From Moniliella sp. 'wahieum' (taxonomy: Eukaryota), in the NCBI GenBank assembly GCA_003971905.1, contig RSEE01000096.1, positions 124,001-188,000 of the forward strand: 64,000 nt of DNA. The letters are read 5' to 3'. The position numbers and the translations under genes are program-made. Positions 13,089 through 25,674 of this stretch are shown piece by piece; the stretch's first letter is position 1; every line of letters starts with the position of its first letter. The notes beneath the pieces are model-generated. The model worked only from the letters and a program-made list of their open reading frames with translations, was not told the DNA's origin and ran no database searches.

Positions 13089-13539
13089 CCCCCCCCCCCC
13101 GAACGGGCAAAGCGTACAGGTACTGGTACTAGCAAGGAAACGACGAATGCGTTTCGTTTTTGGTGTTCTGTAGCAGGGCAACGGCTCCCTCTTGCTATCT
13201 ATACAAGTCAAGGTCAAGGCGGGAGAGGGGGACGAGAGTGTAGAGCCTGGAATCGGGTGTCTAAAGAATTACATGCCCTGCCGACGGGGAGATAAGTTGG
13301 GGCTGGTTGATGAATCAAGTGATTTGAGGGCGAAGACGAAGGGATCTGGGAGAGAAGGAGGAGGAAGAGGAGGAGGGTGGGGGGGGGGCACAGTATGCTT
13401 TTGAGTTCTGGCCGGGGGTGGAGGGGGTGGGTGGGGGGGGCAGGACCGAGGACGAGGGCAACGAAAAGAGCGGGAGCGAAGCGACGACCTATACGTTTTA
13501 CGGTTGACGTCTCAACGTCGTCAACCTACCCAGTTCCCA

Positions 13540-13637
13540 GGTACCTATTACCCTGGTTACCTGTTACTGGCTCCCGGTTACTGGCTCTCGGTTAACTGGC
13601 TCCCGGTTACTGGTTCCTGGTTCCCGGTTCCCGGTTA
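13540..13637. repeat. Degenerate ~14-bp minisatellite (CCCGGTTACTGGCT-like)
   Basis: Repeated GGTTAC/GGTTCC units immediately 3' of the NUP53 stop. Confidence 0.75.
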
Positions 13638-15118
13638 CCAACCAAACACAGCGTCATTGACACGACCCAAGAAGGAAGACCGGTTATCGGCCGGGGGCAA
13701 GTCCTGGGTCTTGTTAGCCGGGCTGGACCATCCAGGCAAGCGGAAAAAGGAGGCAGACGTATCAGCGGCGGGGGGCGCCAAGGCCGAGTCCTTAGTTCCT
13801 ATCACGCTCATTGGTCGGCCCATGGACGCGCGGGGACGCGGTCGGGACTGGGGCGTTGAAGCCGTAGCTGCAGGGTGAGCTGTTGATCCGGACCGATGGT
13901 CAGTGACCAATCCTGAACCTGAAACCGAAGCTGATGCCAAGCCGTCCAGGAGGAGCAGGCGGTTGACCTCGTCGTCCTGAACGCGCACGCCGACCATAGC
14001 CAAGCCCGCGACCAACTCGCCCGACCGACGGAGCGCACGGAACGCGGCGCTGGCATCAGCATAGACCGCTTGGACGTACCCGGGCCCATCTTGAGCGTGG
14101 GAGAGCGGGACCCACTCGGACGAGACGAGACCGGTACCAAAGTGGTCCAGGACCAGTGCCTCCAACGAACGCGGGAAGCCAAACAAGAGTACCGTGCGTA
14201 CCTTGCTATTCCTCCCGTGCCGCGGGGACCAAGGCAGGTGCACCAGGGGGGAAGGCAGAACGTTCGTCGTCCCCCTAGCCGAGAGCGTAGGGGTGGAAGA
14301 AGGTGGCCATCCCGAACCCAATCCGGGTCCCGGTCCCGATCCCGATCCCGGTCCCGATCCCAGTCCCAGCCCCGGAGCAGTGCTCGTTGAAGTTCATCAC
14401 CTCTTCGTCCTCGAGGGATTGGACGGGCGGGGGCGGCTGGTCGTCCTCGACCAACGAGCCAGCGGGATCATGAACGCTAAAGCTAAAGCTAGCGCTAGGA
14501 GTCAAGCCCAAAGGCTCGGGGTTACCGCGTGCGCGTAGACCCGAAGGACCAAACACGCTATCTCTGCCACGTGCGGCTGGGGAGCGAAAGCTACGGAGCG
14601 ACCCGCCCGGTCCGACAGACAAGTTGCCCGTGGCAGCAGGACCAAAGTCGGTGTTGGTGGCAAACGAGTCGTTGAACCGTGCCGAGTGACGTGGCTGGAA
14701 AAAGCTCGAGGAGAAAGCATGCTGCGGCGAGGTGGAGTGGGCGGTAGATTGGCGGTGCGGGGCGAGGAGCACACTGTCGCTTCCGGTCTCATCGGCCTGC
14801 GGCGGGGAGGACGGAAGGGTTGGCTTGGAGAGAGACGAGTAGGGCTGATCGAGCGGGAAGGTTAGTGAGGAAAACGAGGAGGAGGAGGAAGAGGAGGGGG
14901 AGGGGAGATGCGCATGAGCAGCACACCAGCAGAGCTGGTACCCCCAAAAGAGATCAGAAAGAAACGTACCCTGGTATCCTTGATCTTGCTCAGGTAGCCA
15001 GGCAAGTAATTGGCGCTGCGGTCGGCTGGTGAGGCGGGGGGTCTGCGGCGGGGGCCAAGGCAGACGGGGTGGGGGTGTGGGGCATGGCGCCAATGGTGTG
15101 CGGCTGGGAGCTCCACAT
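13635..15118 (-). CDS. NUP53: Nucleoporin Nup53/Nup35 (MPPN-type RRM)
   Basis: YLPGYLS, PPPVQSLED, RRM VLLFGFPRSLEALVLDHF...YADASAAFRALRRSGELVAG, C-terminal amphipathic SSFLGRVNDAVFGW*. Intron 14969-14845 (GTACGT...CACTAAC...CAG). Confidence 0.85.
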
Positions 15119-17920
15119 GGTAACGGAGGGGGTGGGAAACAGAGGAGGGGGGGGGGGGCAGCAGCAGCAGTAGCACGGCAGTAGGTGGTGGTGGTGGTAG
15201 CGGCAGCCGAAGGCCAGAAGAGCAAAAGGAGGAAAAGGAAACGTGGTCGTCGCCAAAGCGTTGCTGGCTGCCCAAAACAAAACCCCAACCACCATCCAAC
15301 CCTAGCGCCCATGCACGTGACCCGGGCGTATTTTTTTGGCACTGGCGTGGCGCTGCGGCGAACAACGTCCACCTTCTGAGGCCGAGTACAACGTCCACCT
15401 TCTGAGGCTGAGTGTGAATACCACTGAGCTTCCCACTGTGGAAGGAGGAAAAGGAGCGGCGGATCGAACGCGAGAACCCCAATCCCATGGCCATCAGAAA
15501 CACCTCCGTCCCCATGGTAGTCGGGTTGAACAGTAATCATATGTTCCAATGAAATTGCCAGTTTTGTTCCCTCCCTGCTCAGGTTCCCCCCAGCCCAGAT
15601 TTCTCTCCCAGTGTCAGTTCTCACAGTTTTCAGACCGTCTGCGGTCCCCTCCGCAAGCGCACTGGGACCCGAGAAAATGGTCTCATGGCACTGTCGACCC
15701 AAAGCGCTGGCGCACGTACAGAGTGGTACAGCCCGTAAAGCAAAACAGGGATCAATCGACGCCATTGAACCTGAATCGAAGCGGCGGAGGTGGGGGGAGG
15801 AGGACGGGTGTGTCTTCAATTGCATGGGCTAACACAGAGGGAGGAAAACCCATCTCATCGGTTACCACCACACAGGAGCACTGCACGCCGGCAGGATTGG
15901 GGCCGAAGTAGGCCAGGGGTTAGGGGAGAGCAGGAAACAGATGAATGAAGAGATGCAACATGCCAAATCGCATTGGCCAAGTGGCGGCGGGGCGAGAAGC
16001 ATACAATAGGTGGAACCATGATGCACTGCACCCAGACATAGCACCTGAAAACGTAGCACACAGAGAGATGGTGTTGAGATCTCGACCGGGAGGACATTGT
16101 TTGCACAGGGAAACAGAGAAGCACGAGGAAGTTTTTACTGGCACTGTTGATACAATCAGTGCACATGAACCCGACGACAAAGATCCCAAGGTCTTGCACA
16201 CAAGAATGTCGAACCATCCAGCGGTGCATCCAAGCCCCGAGGGAGATGGGCGAGGAACGTAGGAACCCCCCCAACGTGGGCACCCAACAACCAAATACAT
16301 GAGCAGCGGACCACGGCCTCCCAGGATCCACTCCTTAGTTGTAATATCCAAACAAGAAATTGGAGTTGGGCCCAAGACTGGACCAAGGACCGTACGCTGG
16401 GGCTGCGTGGCGGCCGGAACGGTGGAAACCAGCACCAAGACCGACGCAGGGCGATAGGATGTTCGACCGAACCCTAGACCCAATCGTGCAAAGGGGTACG
16501 CAATTAGTACGCATCAGGACATAGAGCGTATAGCTAGGGTCTGTGCTACTTTTCAGACCTATACAATTGGAGGGTGGACTGTGCGCGTGTCCACTCGGCC
16601 TGTGATGGGGCGGCCTAAGAGCAAAGGGAGTACACGGGCGAACCCCTTGATTGCCACGGGTAGGAAGAAAAAGGAGAAGGGCGCCAACATCAGGACCAAC
16701 GGGACATTGTGGAACCAATGTAGCACGGCTCGTGGTGTCCGATTCGACGCCATTCACACTGACCATTGCTTGCGTCAGTCGGGAGGGGGGGGGGGGTCGT
16801 ACCCCCGCCGCTGACGACGGATGGATCAAGTCCTGCGGGTGTACGGCCGGACCAAGGGCGGGGGAGGCAACCGATGAGGTGGGGGTTGATGTCGATGGAT
16901 GCGGGAGGAGACAACGTCGGTCACTCAATCGTAGAAGGCGGATGCCGGCGGGGGGGGGGAAAGAAAGGCGAGCAGGGCTGAGCAAAGTCGGAGTTGGGCG
17001 GGACACGGGACAGCAAGGCGGCGCACTGGCAAGGGGAGGATGCTGGGGAGGCATGCTGATCAGGGACTGTGGCGTGCGGGAAGATGGGCTGGCGAGTGGG
17101 TGTGCGATTGGTGAACTAGGAGTGGCCACAGCACCCTCTCTCTCTGGCTGCGGGGAATTCCAAGCTGGGCAAAGCTACGCGTACTCTATGCTACAGAGGG
17201 AATAAACCCTCAAACACGAAGAGTTGGGATTATACCAGACCCAACTCCCCTTGCCACATGGCGGCCCAGGGGCAGAGAGACGAGTGCGCGTGCCGAGAGG
17301 ATAGAGTGACGACGGTGGGCCTTCGGTTGGAGGTTGAAGGTTGAACACACGGGCCAAATGGCATCTGCGTATACTTGAGAGAGCTTTCCTGTTTGGGGTG
17401 TGTGGGCGATGGATCCGTGTGGGGAGTGAGGTGGGATGACGTCATTGCGGCCGTGCGTGTGAGTCGGGGCTGTCTGGGTTGAACGTCTAGGCGGCGGCGG
17501 GAGTGCGTCGGGTGTGTGGGAGCGCGGGGGATGATGGCGATCATCGATGGCCTCAGCACAGTGCCTGCGCCCCCAAGGCGGGCGGAGCAGCGCGCCGTCA
17601 GGGGCCCCTGGCTGGCTGTCCCTGCTGGTGGCTGGCTCGGGCGACCTGTGCGTTCGATCGACGGTCGGAGGCAAGCGCCAGGAAGAGGGAGAAGTGATCT
17701 AGGGATCTAGTTAGTGATCCAGTGACAGTGACGCGCCGGAGAAGCAAGGAGACAGACATACACAGTGGCACCCTAGTACTCTATCCAGCCCAGACACTCG
17801 CCATCCCCCGCCGCGCGCGCCACAAGAGATGGGAGGATCGATCGGCGGGCTGCCTCCGGCCCACAGCACGCCGCCTCTTGCCCCCGCACCATCACCATCA
17901 CCCGCAGGCCCTCCGTGGCC

Positions 17921-20900
17921 ATGCTCAAGTCCCGCCTCGAGCTCATTACCGGCGGCGGCAGCGCCAGCGCCAGCAGCGGCGCCAGCAGCAGCAGCAGCGA
18001 CCTTCCCCTCGCACCTACGCCCCCCATCCCCACCCCCCTCCCCGGTCTCCGCCTCGCGCCCAGGCGCAGTACTACTGCCCGCGCTGCTCCCATCACTTTG
18101 CGTCGCCCACCACCCTCCAGCGCCACGTCTGCTCCCCGCCCCGCCGCCCCGCCCCGCCACGCCGCCCCCCCCCTCCCCCCGCGCCGCCCGCGCCGCCGCG
18201 CCCTCTCCCACCGGCCCTGGCCCACACTGCCCCCGCCCCCCTGCCGCCCCCCAGCCTCCCATCCCTCCCCGCGTCCGCGTCCCCGCGCCCCGGCCCCTGC
18301 CCCTGCCCCGCCCCCACCCGCCCCGCCCATCGCTCCCCACCCGCTGCGCCTGCCGCCCCGCACCACAGCCACCACCACAGCGTCCCCCCTCCACCACGCC
18401 TCCCCGCCCTTCGTCTGCGCGGCCCTTGTCCTACCAGCCGCGCCCTCGTCCCGTGCCTGCCCCGGCTCCTCACCTCGGCTCGCCCCCTCGCCACGCCCGA
18501 CCCACAGCCACAGCCATGGCCACGGCCATCCCAACACGACTGCACCTCTACCCGCAACGAGAATGGCAACGCTCTCCTCCCGCTCGCCCCCCTCTCGGCC
18601 CGAGGTCGAATGCGACTCGGCCTACCTCCCCACCCGGCGCCACGTCCACATCCACGTCCATCCGACCTGCTGCCGCCCCACCTATTCTCAACCCGCCCGA
18701 TACGACCCCCGTGAGCAACCGGCCTCCCAAAGGGTTTCGCGTGTGCGCCGGCCCCACCGCCCTGCCCATTCCCAAAGACGACGTGTTGGCCAACGTACCT
18801 CTCGACCTTGTATCCCAAACGGTGGTAGGCGCCTTTCCACACCAAGCAGCTGCCGTTTCTGCTGCTTCGGCTGCCGAGGCCGTGTCCGCTTCTGGTTCTG
18901 GTTCTGGTTCTGCTTCGGCCCTTGCGTCCGGTCTCCCAACCAAGGACCACTTCAGTTTGCCGCGCTGGCCTTTTCTCATCCGCCACCACCCTCTGCCCTC
19001 CCCCGTGTGCCGGACCACATTGCATCTCGCGCCCTGCTGTCCAGCTCGGCACCAGCGTCGGTGCCTGCACAGGGCATGGGATCACCCCCTTCCCGCTGGC
19101 TCCTGTTCAACCAAGAGTTGGCGCAGTGGTACAGAACGCGTTCCTTGCCCCGCTGGCGCATGGTGTGCCGCGTCCCTTTGCACGGGACGGACTTCCGTGC
19201 CCAATGGCGGGGGGATAGCGGGGGAGGGGGTGGGAGTGGCCTGGGGACTGGGGTGTACTATCCCCGCCAGCCCGATACGTTCGGTCGACCAGAGTGGCAC
19301 GGAGGTATGGTATGGGTGTGGGAGGGGGAGGGGGGGCGACGCCTTAGGGTCCGCGGCCCTTGTTCCCCTTCCGTACGCCACTCTGGTCTCGCACACGGAG
19401 GCGGACCGGTGTGCCTGCGTCGGTGGAGGTCGAGGTCCCGGTGGTGGTGGTTCAGGCGGAGGCGGAGGATTGGGACAAGGAGGAAACGAAAGAGCAATCG
19501 GAGCAGGAGGAGGGGGGGGGAGAAAAGTAGTCTTCACACCAGAAACTAAAGTGGGCAACCAACCTGCTCCTGGACCGGGGGTATGCCCCTCGAACCTTTC
19601 CCCGCCTACGTCCCTCTGAGCGCGACGGGCCAAACCGCGCTCCAAGCCCGCGCGCAACTCGGTCGCTCACGTACACTTTCCTCCGCCCAGGCAGTGGCGG
19701 AGCAGTCCCGACGAGACCCACGAGACCGAGTGGACCGAGTGGATCGAGTGGACCGCGTGGACCGACTGGACCGACTGGACCTGACCGACCGAATCGACGG
19801 ACTGGACCAACGAGACCACCGAGACCACCGAGACCACCGAGACCAACCGGACGACCCACATGGACGCAACAGCACCACCTGAGCCTCCCCATTCCCAGTC
19901 TCGCTCTTGCCGGTGGCGACAATGTACCTGCGTCGCTACGTCCTGCTGGCCCCCCCGCACCTGCGCCTTCGGCGTCCGCGTTAGCGCCGGCTCCCGCTAC
20001 CTCATCATCATCTTCTCGCGTCGTGCGTCGCGCTCGCACCGGTCCGCTGAACCACGCACCGAACCCCCCCACCACCACCTCACCATCCTACCTCCACTGA
20101 CCGAAGCGTGAACGAACCAGTGAACGAACCAGTGAACGGAAGAGTGAACGGAAAGGTAAGAATGAACGAGAACGTCCCTCTCCACGCCACCCTGAACGCC
20201 CACGCCCACGCGCCCGGGACCGGGACCACCGCCGGGACCGCGATCGGGACCGGGACCTGGACCACCACCGCGACCGCGATCGGGAACGTCATCGCGACCG
20301 GGCACACGAAAGGGAACACCAACGAGAACGAGAACACCAACGGGACGGGACAGAGAACGCGAGCGGGGCCGGGACCGGGATAGAGAAGCGAGTAGACTAG
20401 CCAATTCGACGTGTCGCTCCCGCTTACGGTTCCGGTTGCGGGTGCGGTTCGCGCTTCTCCCCCCCTCAGTCCTGGTGCGCGGCGCGCTGGGGATAGGGAT
20501 AGGGATGGTGCGAGTGCGGGTGCGGGTGGAAGTGGGGGTGGAGGTGGGAGGACGGGGTGAGCCGGGGCGCTACCGCCAACGCGTCTGCAACCGCGTCTGC
20601 AACCGGGGCGAGCGTCGGTCGCGCCGCCCAGACCAGTGAGTCGGTCTGCGCGTGGGGTGGGGGCTGAGTCTTCTACGCGGCGTGGGGTGGGGTTGTGTCG
20701 TCTGCGTCTGCGCCTGTGCCGGCTGGAGCGTCGGTGTCCTTGTCCTCGTCTTTGTGGGAGGGCGAGAGCGAGGCGCCGCCGCAGTACACGGAGTTCCCCC
20801 GGTTGGGCGAGACGGCGGCGCTGGCCGGTCGGCCGGTCGTGGCTCGGTCAGGTCGGTTGCGCCCCTGCGGCCTGTGTAGAGACAGAACGAGCGCGCGAGC

Positions 20901-20950
20901 GAGAACGAGAGCAAGAGCAAGACAAGAGTGAGGCAGATGCTACCAGTGCC
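17921..20950 (+). CDS. Hypothetical low-complexity protein (Pro-rich N-terminus, RD/RE dipeptide-rich C-terminus)
   Basis: Long + ORFs in alternating frames (MLKSRLELITGG...; KGFRVCAGPTALPIPKDDVLANVPLDLV; DRVDRV..., RDRDRD...); 3' end uncertain. Confidence 0.35.
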
Positions 20951-21782
20951 GAAACAACACAACACAACACAACACAACACAACGAAATCGAAATCGACTA
21001 CGTCTTACGGTTGCTCTCTCTGCCTCTGTATGCGCGACGGGACCGTGACGTGTGTTGTCGTTGTCGTTTCGTGCCACGGCACGGTGCGGTATACGGTACG
21101 GCACATTACGTTGTTGGGTTCTCACATTACGTTGTTGGGTTCTCTCTTGTCTTGTCTTCTCTTTGGTTTTTTCGTTTTCGTTTTTGGTCTGTGGTTTCTT
21201 TGGTTGGTTGGTTGTGTCCCCGGGCCGGGCCCGGATTCATTCGTTTGGTCTCTCTCTCTCTCTCTTTGTTTCTCTGTGTGTGTGTGGATGTTGTTTCCCA
21301 ACTGGGGCGATCTGATGGAAGTGGCGCGATCAGCCCGGAAACGTACATGGTGGAAACGGGACTTGGGTGTGTGGTTAGGCCTTAGGCGGGGCAGAGCCGC
21401 GGCGGGCCTGTGCGCGAGGTGAGACGTTGGTGAGACCGACGTGGCGGCGGCATCACATGTGACATGTGACATGTGACATGTGATATGGCATGCATCATGT
21501 GAGCGGTCATGTGACCAGCAAGGGGAAGCGACGCTCGATCGGTGCAATGCCCGACGCCGATTCCGCCCGGCGCCCGGGCGGCGGGTATAATTTTTTGCAG
21601 CTTCCTGTGGCTGGCTTACCCACCGTCAGCCGACCCACACCCTCCAATTGCGTCCCACCTCTGCTCCCCTCCCGTTGCTTTTGCTTTTGCTTTTGCTTTT
21701 GCCTTTGCCTTTGCCTTTGTCCCTGGTACCTTCCGCTTCGTCTTCATCTTCGTCTCCCCTCTCCCCTTCTCCTCTCGCCGTC

Positions 21783-23376
21783 ATGGCCGCCCCCCATCCC
21801 CCCGACTGGGACACCCCCCAACTCACCGCCGACCTAACCGACGCACTTGCCATGTCCTCCTCCTCACCCTCACCTCCGACGAGCTCGAGGCCAGCCTGGA
21901 CCTACGCTCGCGCTCGTCCCCTAGCTCTGCTGTACCAGCTCCCGTTTCTGCCTCCGCTCTTTTCCATCTCCATCTGCGTCTCCGTCTGTGCCTCCCTCGC
22001 GTCTGCTACGTCGGCTGCGCCGGTTGCCACCGCTTCGGGAGCTAGCTCGGCGCCGCTGGTGCCCAAGGGCGGCTGGGTGCACTTTGCCGCCGTGGAGTGG
22101 GAGGTATGTGCGGTGCAGTGGTCACGTCGCCGTTGATGTGGTCAAGACGCGTCTGCAGTCTGACATGTACCGTCGACCTCGTCGTGTTGCTGCGCCGAGT
22201 TCGGCACAAGGCACGTTGGCTTCCGTTCGGGCGATGGCTTACTCGTTTGTTGAGACGGGGTACTTGGTTCGGTACGCTCTTCCTCCCCCTTCCCTTTCTT
22301 TGTTTCCTCTCGTTCTGGTTGGTCGGGGTCGGATCGTTCGTTTTGGATTTGGATTTGGATTGGATTTGGATTTGGATTTGGTTTGGTTTTGGTCGGGTTG
22401 GTTCTTGCTCCCGACGAACCCGAACCCGAACCCGAAACCTCAGCCGAACAGAGACGGATGGATGGCTAACTACCTACAACCTTTCTGCTGAGCAGGGACA
22501 TTGCGAGGAAAGAAGGTGTGCGTGCGCTGTTCAAAGGACTGGGTCCTACGTTGGTAGGTGTGGTACCTGCGCGATCGATCAACTTTTACACGTATGGCAA
22601 TGGGAAACAAATTCTAGCTGCGCACTGCAACAATGGGGGGAAACGCCTTTGATCCATCTTTCTTCCGCTGCGTTTGCCGGCATGGTTACGGCAACAGTGA
22701 CGAATCCGATTTGGGTGGTGAAACGCGTTGCAACTGGAACGTGCGCGGCATTCCCAAGCGATCGCTGCGGCGGTGGCGGCGGTAGGACCTGGTAGGCCCC
22801 CCGGTTCCGCCGCCTGTCCACCACCGCAGGAGGAGTGGTACAATCTCCCCGCCCGTTGACCACGACCAGTATCAGATGGTCCGCGGCGTATACTTTCTTC
22901 GAAGGGCCCAAGGGCTGTACAAGGGCAACACCGCCTCGTACCTGGTGTGACCGAGGGGACGTTACAGTGGACGTTGTACGAGCAACTGAAAAAGGTGTCG
23001 GCGCGACCAAAGCATCAGGCTGTACTGGGTACCAAAGACGACAGTGCCGTTATCAGTGCCACATCGCGTTTGACGGGCGCAGTGGGCGCAGCTGGGATCG
23101 CCAAGTTGGTTGCGGCGTTAATTACGTATCCGCACGAAGTGTTGCGTACGCGCATGCGCCAGGAACCGCCGTTGGATCCCACCCGCCCAGGTCACCGCTT
23201 GCCCCAGCGTTACACTGGCCTCGCACAAACCTTCCGCCTGGTGGTACGGGAAGAAGGCGCGGCTGCGCTGTACGGTGGCCTGTCAGCTCACTTGCTCCGT
23301 GTCGTACCCAACCACCGTCATGTTTGGCATCTACGAACTGTTCCTCTCCCTCTCGCAAAACGGAACACCCAATTGA
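21783..23376 (+). CDS. RIM2: Mitochondrial carrier, pyrimidine nucleotide transporter Rim2/SLC25A33-36 type
   Basis: [27 protein letters not shown]; intron 22272-22495 then [82 protein letters not shown]...N* at 23376. Confidence 0.92.
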
Positions 23377-24329
23377 ATCTGGGAGGCTCAAGCCCCAAGC
23401 TCAAGCTCGAGGCTCGATGCCCGAAGCTCAACGCTCGATGCCCACTGCTAGATGATGCCACCAGCGCACAACTTGGCCGTGCCGCGCTGGGCTTTGCTTT
23501 GCACGCTTTGCACGCTTTGCACGCGTTGCACGCGTTGCCTCCCTCTTGAACCTGTTCACGCTTCACTACTCATCCGACTCGTTCCATCGTACCCTCCTGC
23601 GCGGCGAGGCGGGGAAGGCGGAGGTACTTACGCCTCGCACTTTGCACTTTGCACTTTGCACCTGCACCTCGCCCATCGCACCTTGACCTTGACCCTTGAC
23701 CTCGCACTCCATCCATCCCCTGAACGTGTCAGTTCTTCTATCTTCGTTCTCGCCTCCCCTCCGCCTCTCGCCTCTCGCCCCTCGCACCTGCCTCTCCCTT
23801 GCCACGCTGGTTCTGGCGCTCCCCTACGCGAGGGCACGATCCAGAGCGTAGCCGCCGGCGCTGGATGACCGGTGGTAGGCAGGGAGGTAGAGGTGGAGGG
23901 AGAGGTGGAGGAGAGGTGGAGGGAGACTCAAAAGCGTATGGTCTATATGCACTCCTCGCCTGTCCACTTTACATTCACGCATTGTTGTACAAAAGAACCA
24001 TGTGTTTGTCAGGCTGCCTATCCACCTCGTGCACCGTGTTCCTCGGGCACCGTGGGCCCGAGCTCGACCGTAGCGCATTCTTCCTCGCGCGTTCCCTCCC
24101 GCGCGCCCATCCGTACCGCCCGGGTGTGGAGAGTTGGGCTGGGTAGTGATGTAGTGCTGTAGTGTTGTAGTGTTGTGGTGTTGATGTGCTGTGGTTTGTG
24201 TGTTGATGTGCTGTGGTATATATACTGGTGTGTGGTGTACGGATGCAAAGGTATAGGGAGAGAGGGGGAAGATGCTTGACCTCAAGCTTGAGCCTCAAGC
24301 CTCATGCGTCATGCGGCTCGCCCAGGGGG

Positions 24330-25427
24330 AAGGAGTAAAACTGACGTCCCAAGCGAAGACACAGTGCGCCGGGCCTATGGGCGGAAGGGAGCGCAATGCC
24401 GCACCAGCTCGTTGTTCGGCACGTGACTTGCGCGGTGAGCCTCGGTCTGGTCTACGCCCGGACGGGGGGCAAGGTACCGTGGTACAAGCCGTGGGAGGTA
24501 TCGAGGCACGCGCCCTGGCGACGCAACAGTTGAGCGTTGGTCAAGCCCATACCAGACGATCGAAGGGCGTGCGAGTCTCTCCCGACACCGCGGACGAGGG
24601 GGGACGCGATCCCCATCCCCCTCGGCTTGCTCCAGCACGGCCGAGAGGAAGCTGAGGTGAAACCGGTTGTCGCTGTAGTAGGCGGCGGGGGGACGGTGAG
24701 GAGGTGGGTGAGGTGGCTGTGCAGGGTGGATGCCAGTGCAGTGAGTTGGGAGCGGGTAGGTGGGTCGACCGAGGCAGCGAGGTAGACGAGCTGGTTAGCG
24801 TCGTCGGTAAAGGAATCAAATGAGGCCAGACGGACCGCTGGACGGGGAGGGAAGGCGCCAAAGCTGCAGCTGACGGGGCAAGTGTACTTCGTCCTGGGCT
24901 GCGACGGAGAAGGGCGAGTGAGGAGATGTGGTGTCGTTGGCGCAGCATCCACTGCACCGGGGGGACCCAAGGCGAGTGAATGCCAGTAGTATGCGTTACG
25001 GTGGATGCGTCACTGAGCACACGGTCGAGCGGGGCAAAGATAGGCATCTCAAGGTAAATGAATGCGCGCTGCATGCGCTGCGAAGAGGGTGTCCAAGCCG
25101 CACTGGGGTCGCGCAGCGTTCCAAACGACGGTAGCGGACGGGCGGAATGCTGAGCAGGCGGGGCGACGACAGAGGGGGCAGCAGGCCCGGGCGGCGCGGC
25201 TGACGGAGTGGAGGGTGTGGTGGCGCAAGGCGGGGGCGCTTGCGTGGTGGGCGGACAGGGCCGGAGGACGCGGCCGATTCGTCGCTCTCCCACTCGGAGT
25301 AGGAGGAGTAGGAGGAGGAGTCCGAGTAGTCTACCAACGGATGAACATCGCGGGGACCAGGCAGGATCCAATCGCTGGCCAGACGCACGCGGGGGGTGGT
25401 GTTGTTCTTTTTTGCGAGCAGCACCAA
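24330..25427 (-). CDS. Hypothetical protein
   Basis: Overlapping protein-like - strand ORFs (DWILPGPRDVHPLVDY, QRAFIYLEMPIFAPLD, FTDDANQLVYLAA); frameshifted; divergent from the DnaJ gene. Confidence 0.35.
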
Positions 25428-25674
25428 TTACTAGTTACTAGTTAGATGAGACGAAGAGCGGCGGAACCAGCGCGGTTTAATGAGATGGCTGTTCCGCCAT
25501 GCTTCTTTTTTACTCTAATCATCAATTTGAATTTGAGCCCCGGCCTTCTCTTTGGCCGCTGCTGCCGGCGAAGCCGTCCGCCATTGGTCCCTCGAGCCAT
25601 CACCATCACCATCACCTCGCCATGCCCCCGCTCGCTGCTTCCCACGCGGCGTTTAGGATAGCGAGCCAGCCCTA

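Noticed and set aside
14275..15825. 516-aa - strand ORF
   Set aside because: Only its 3' part is the NUP53 exon; the rest reads through an intron and promoter in GC-rich DNA.
15500..17700. Possible snoRNA/snRNA host region
   Set aside because: CTGA words are present, but I found no properly spaced C box or recognisable snRNA motif.
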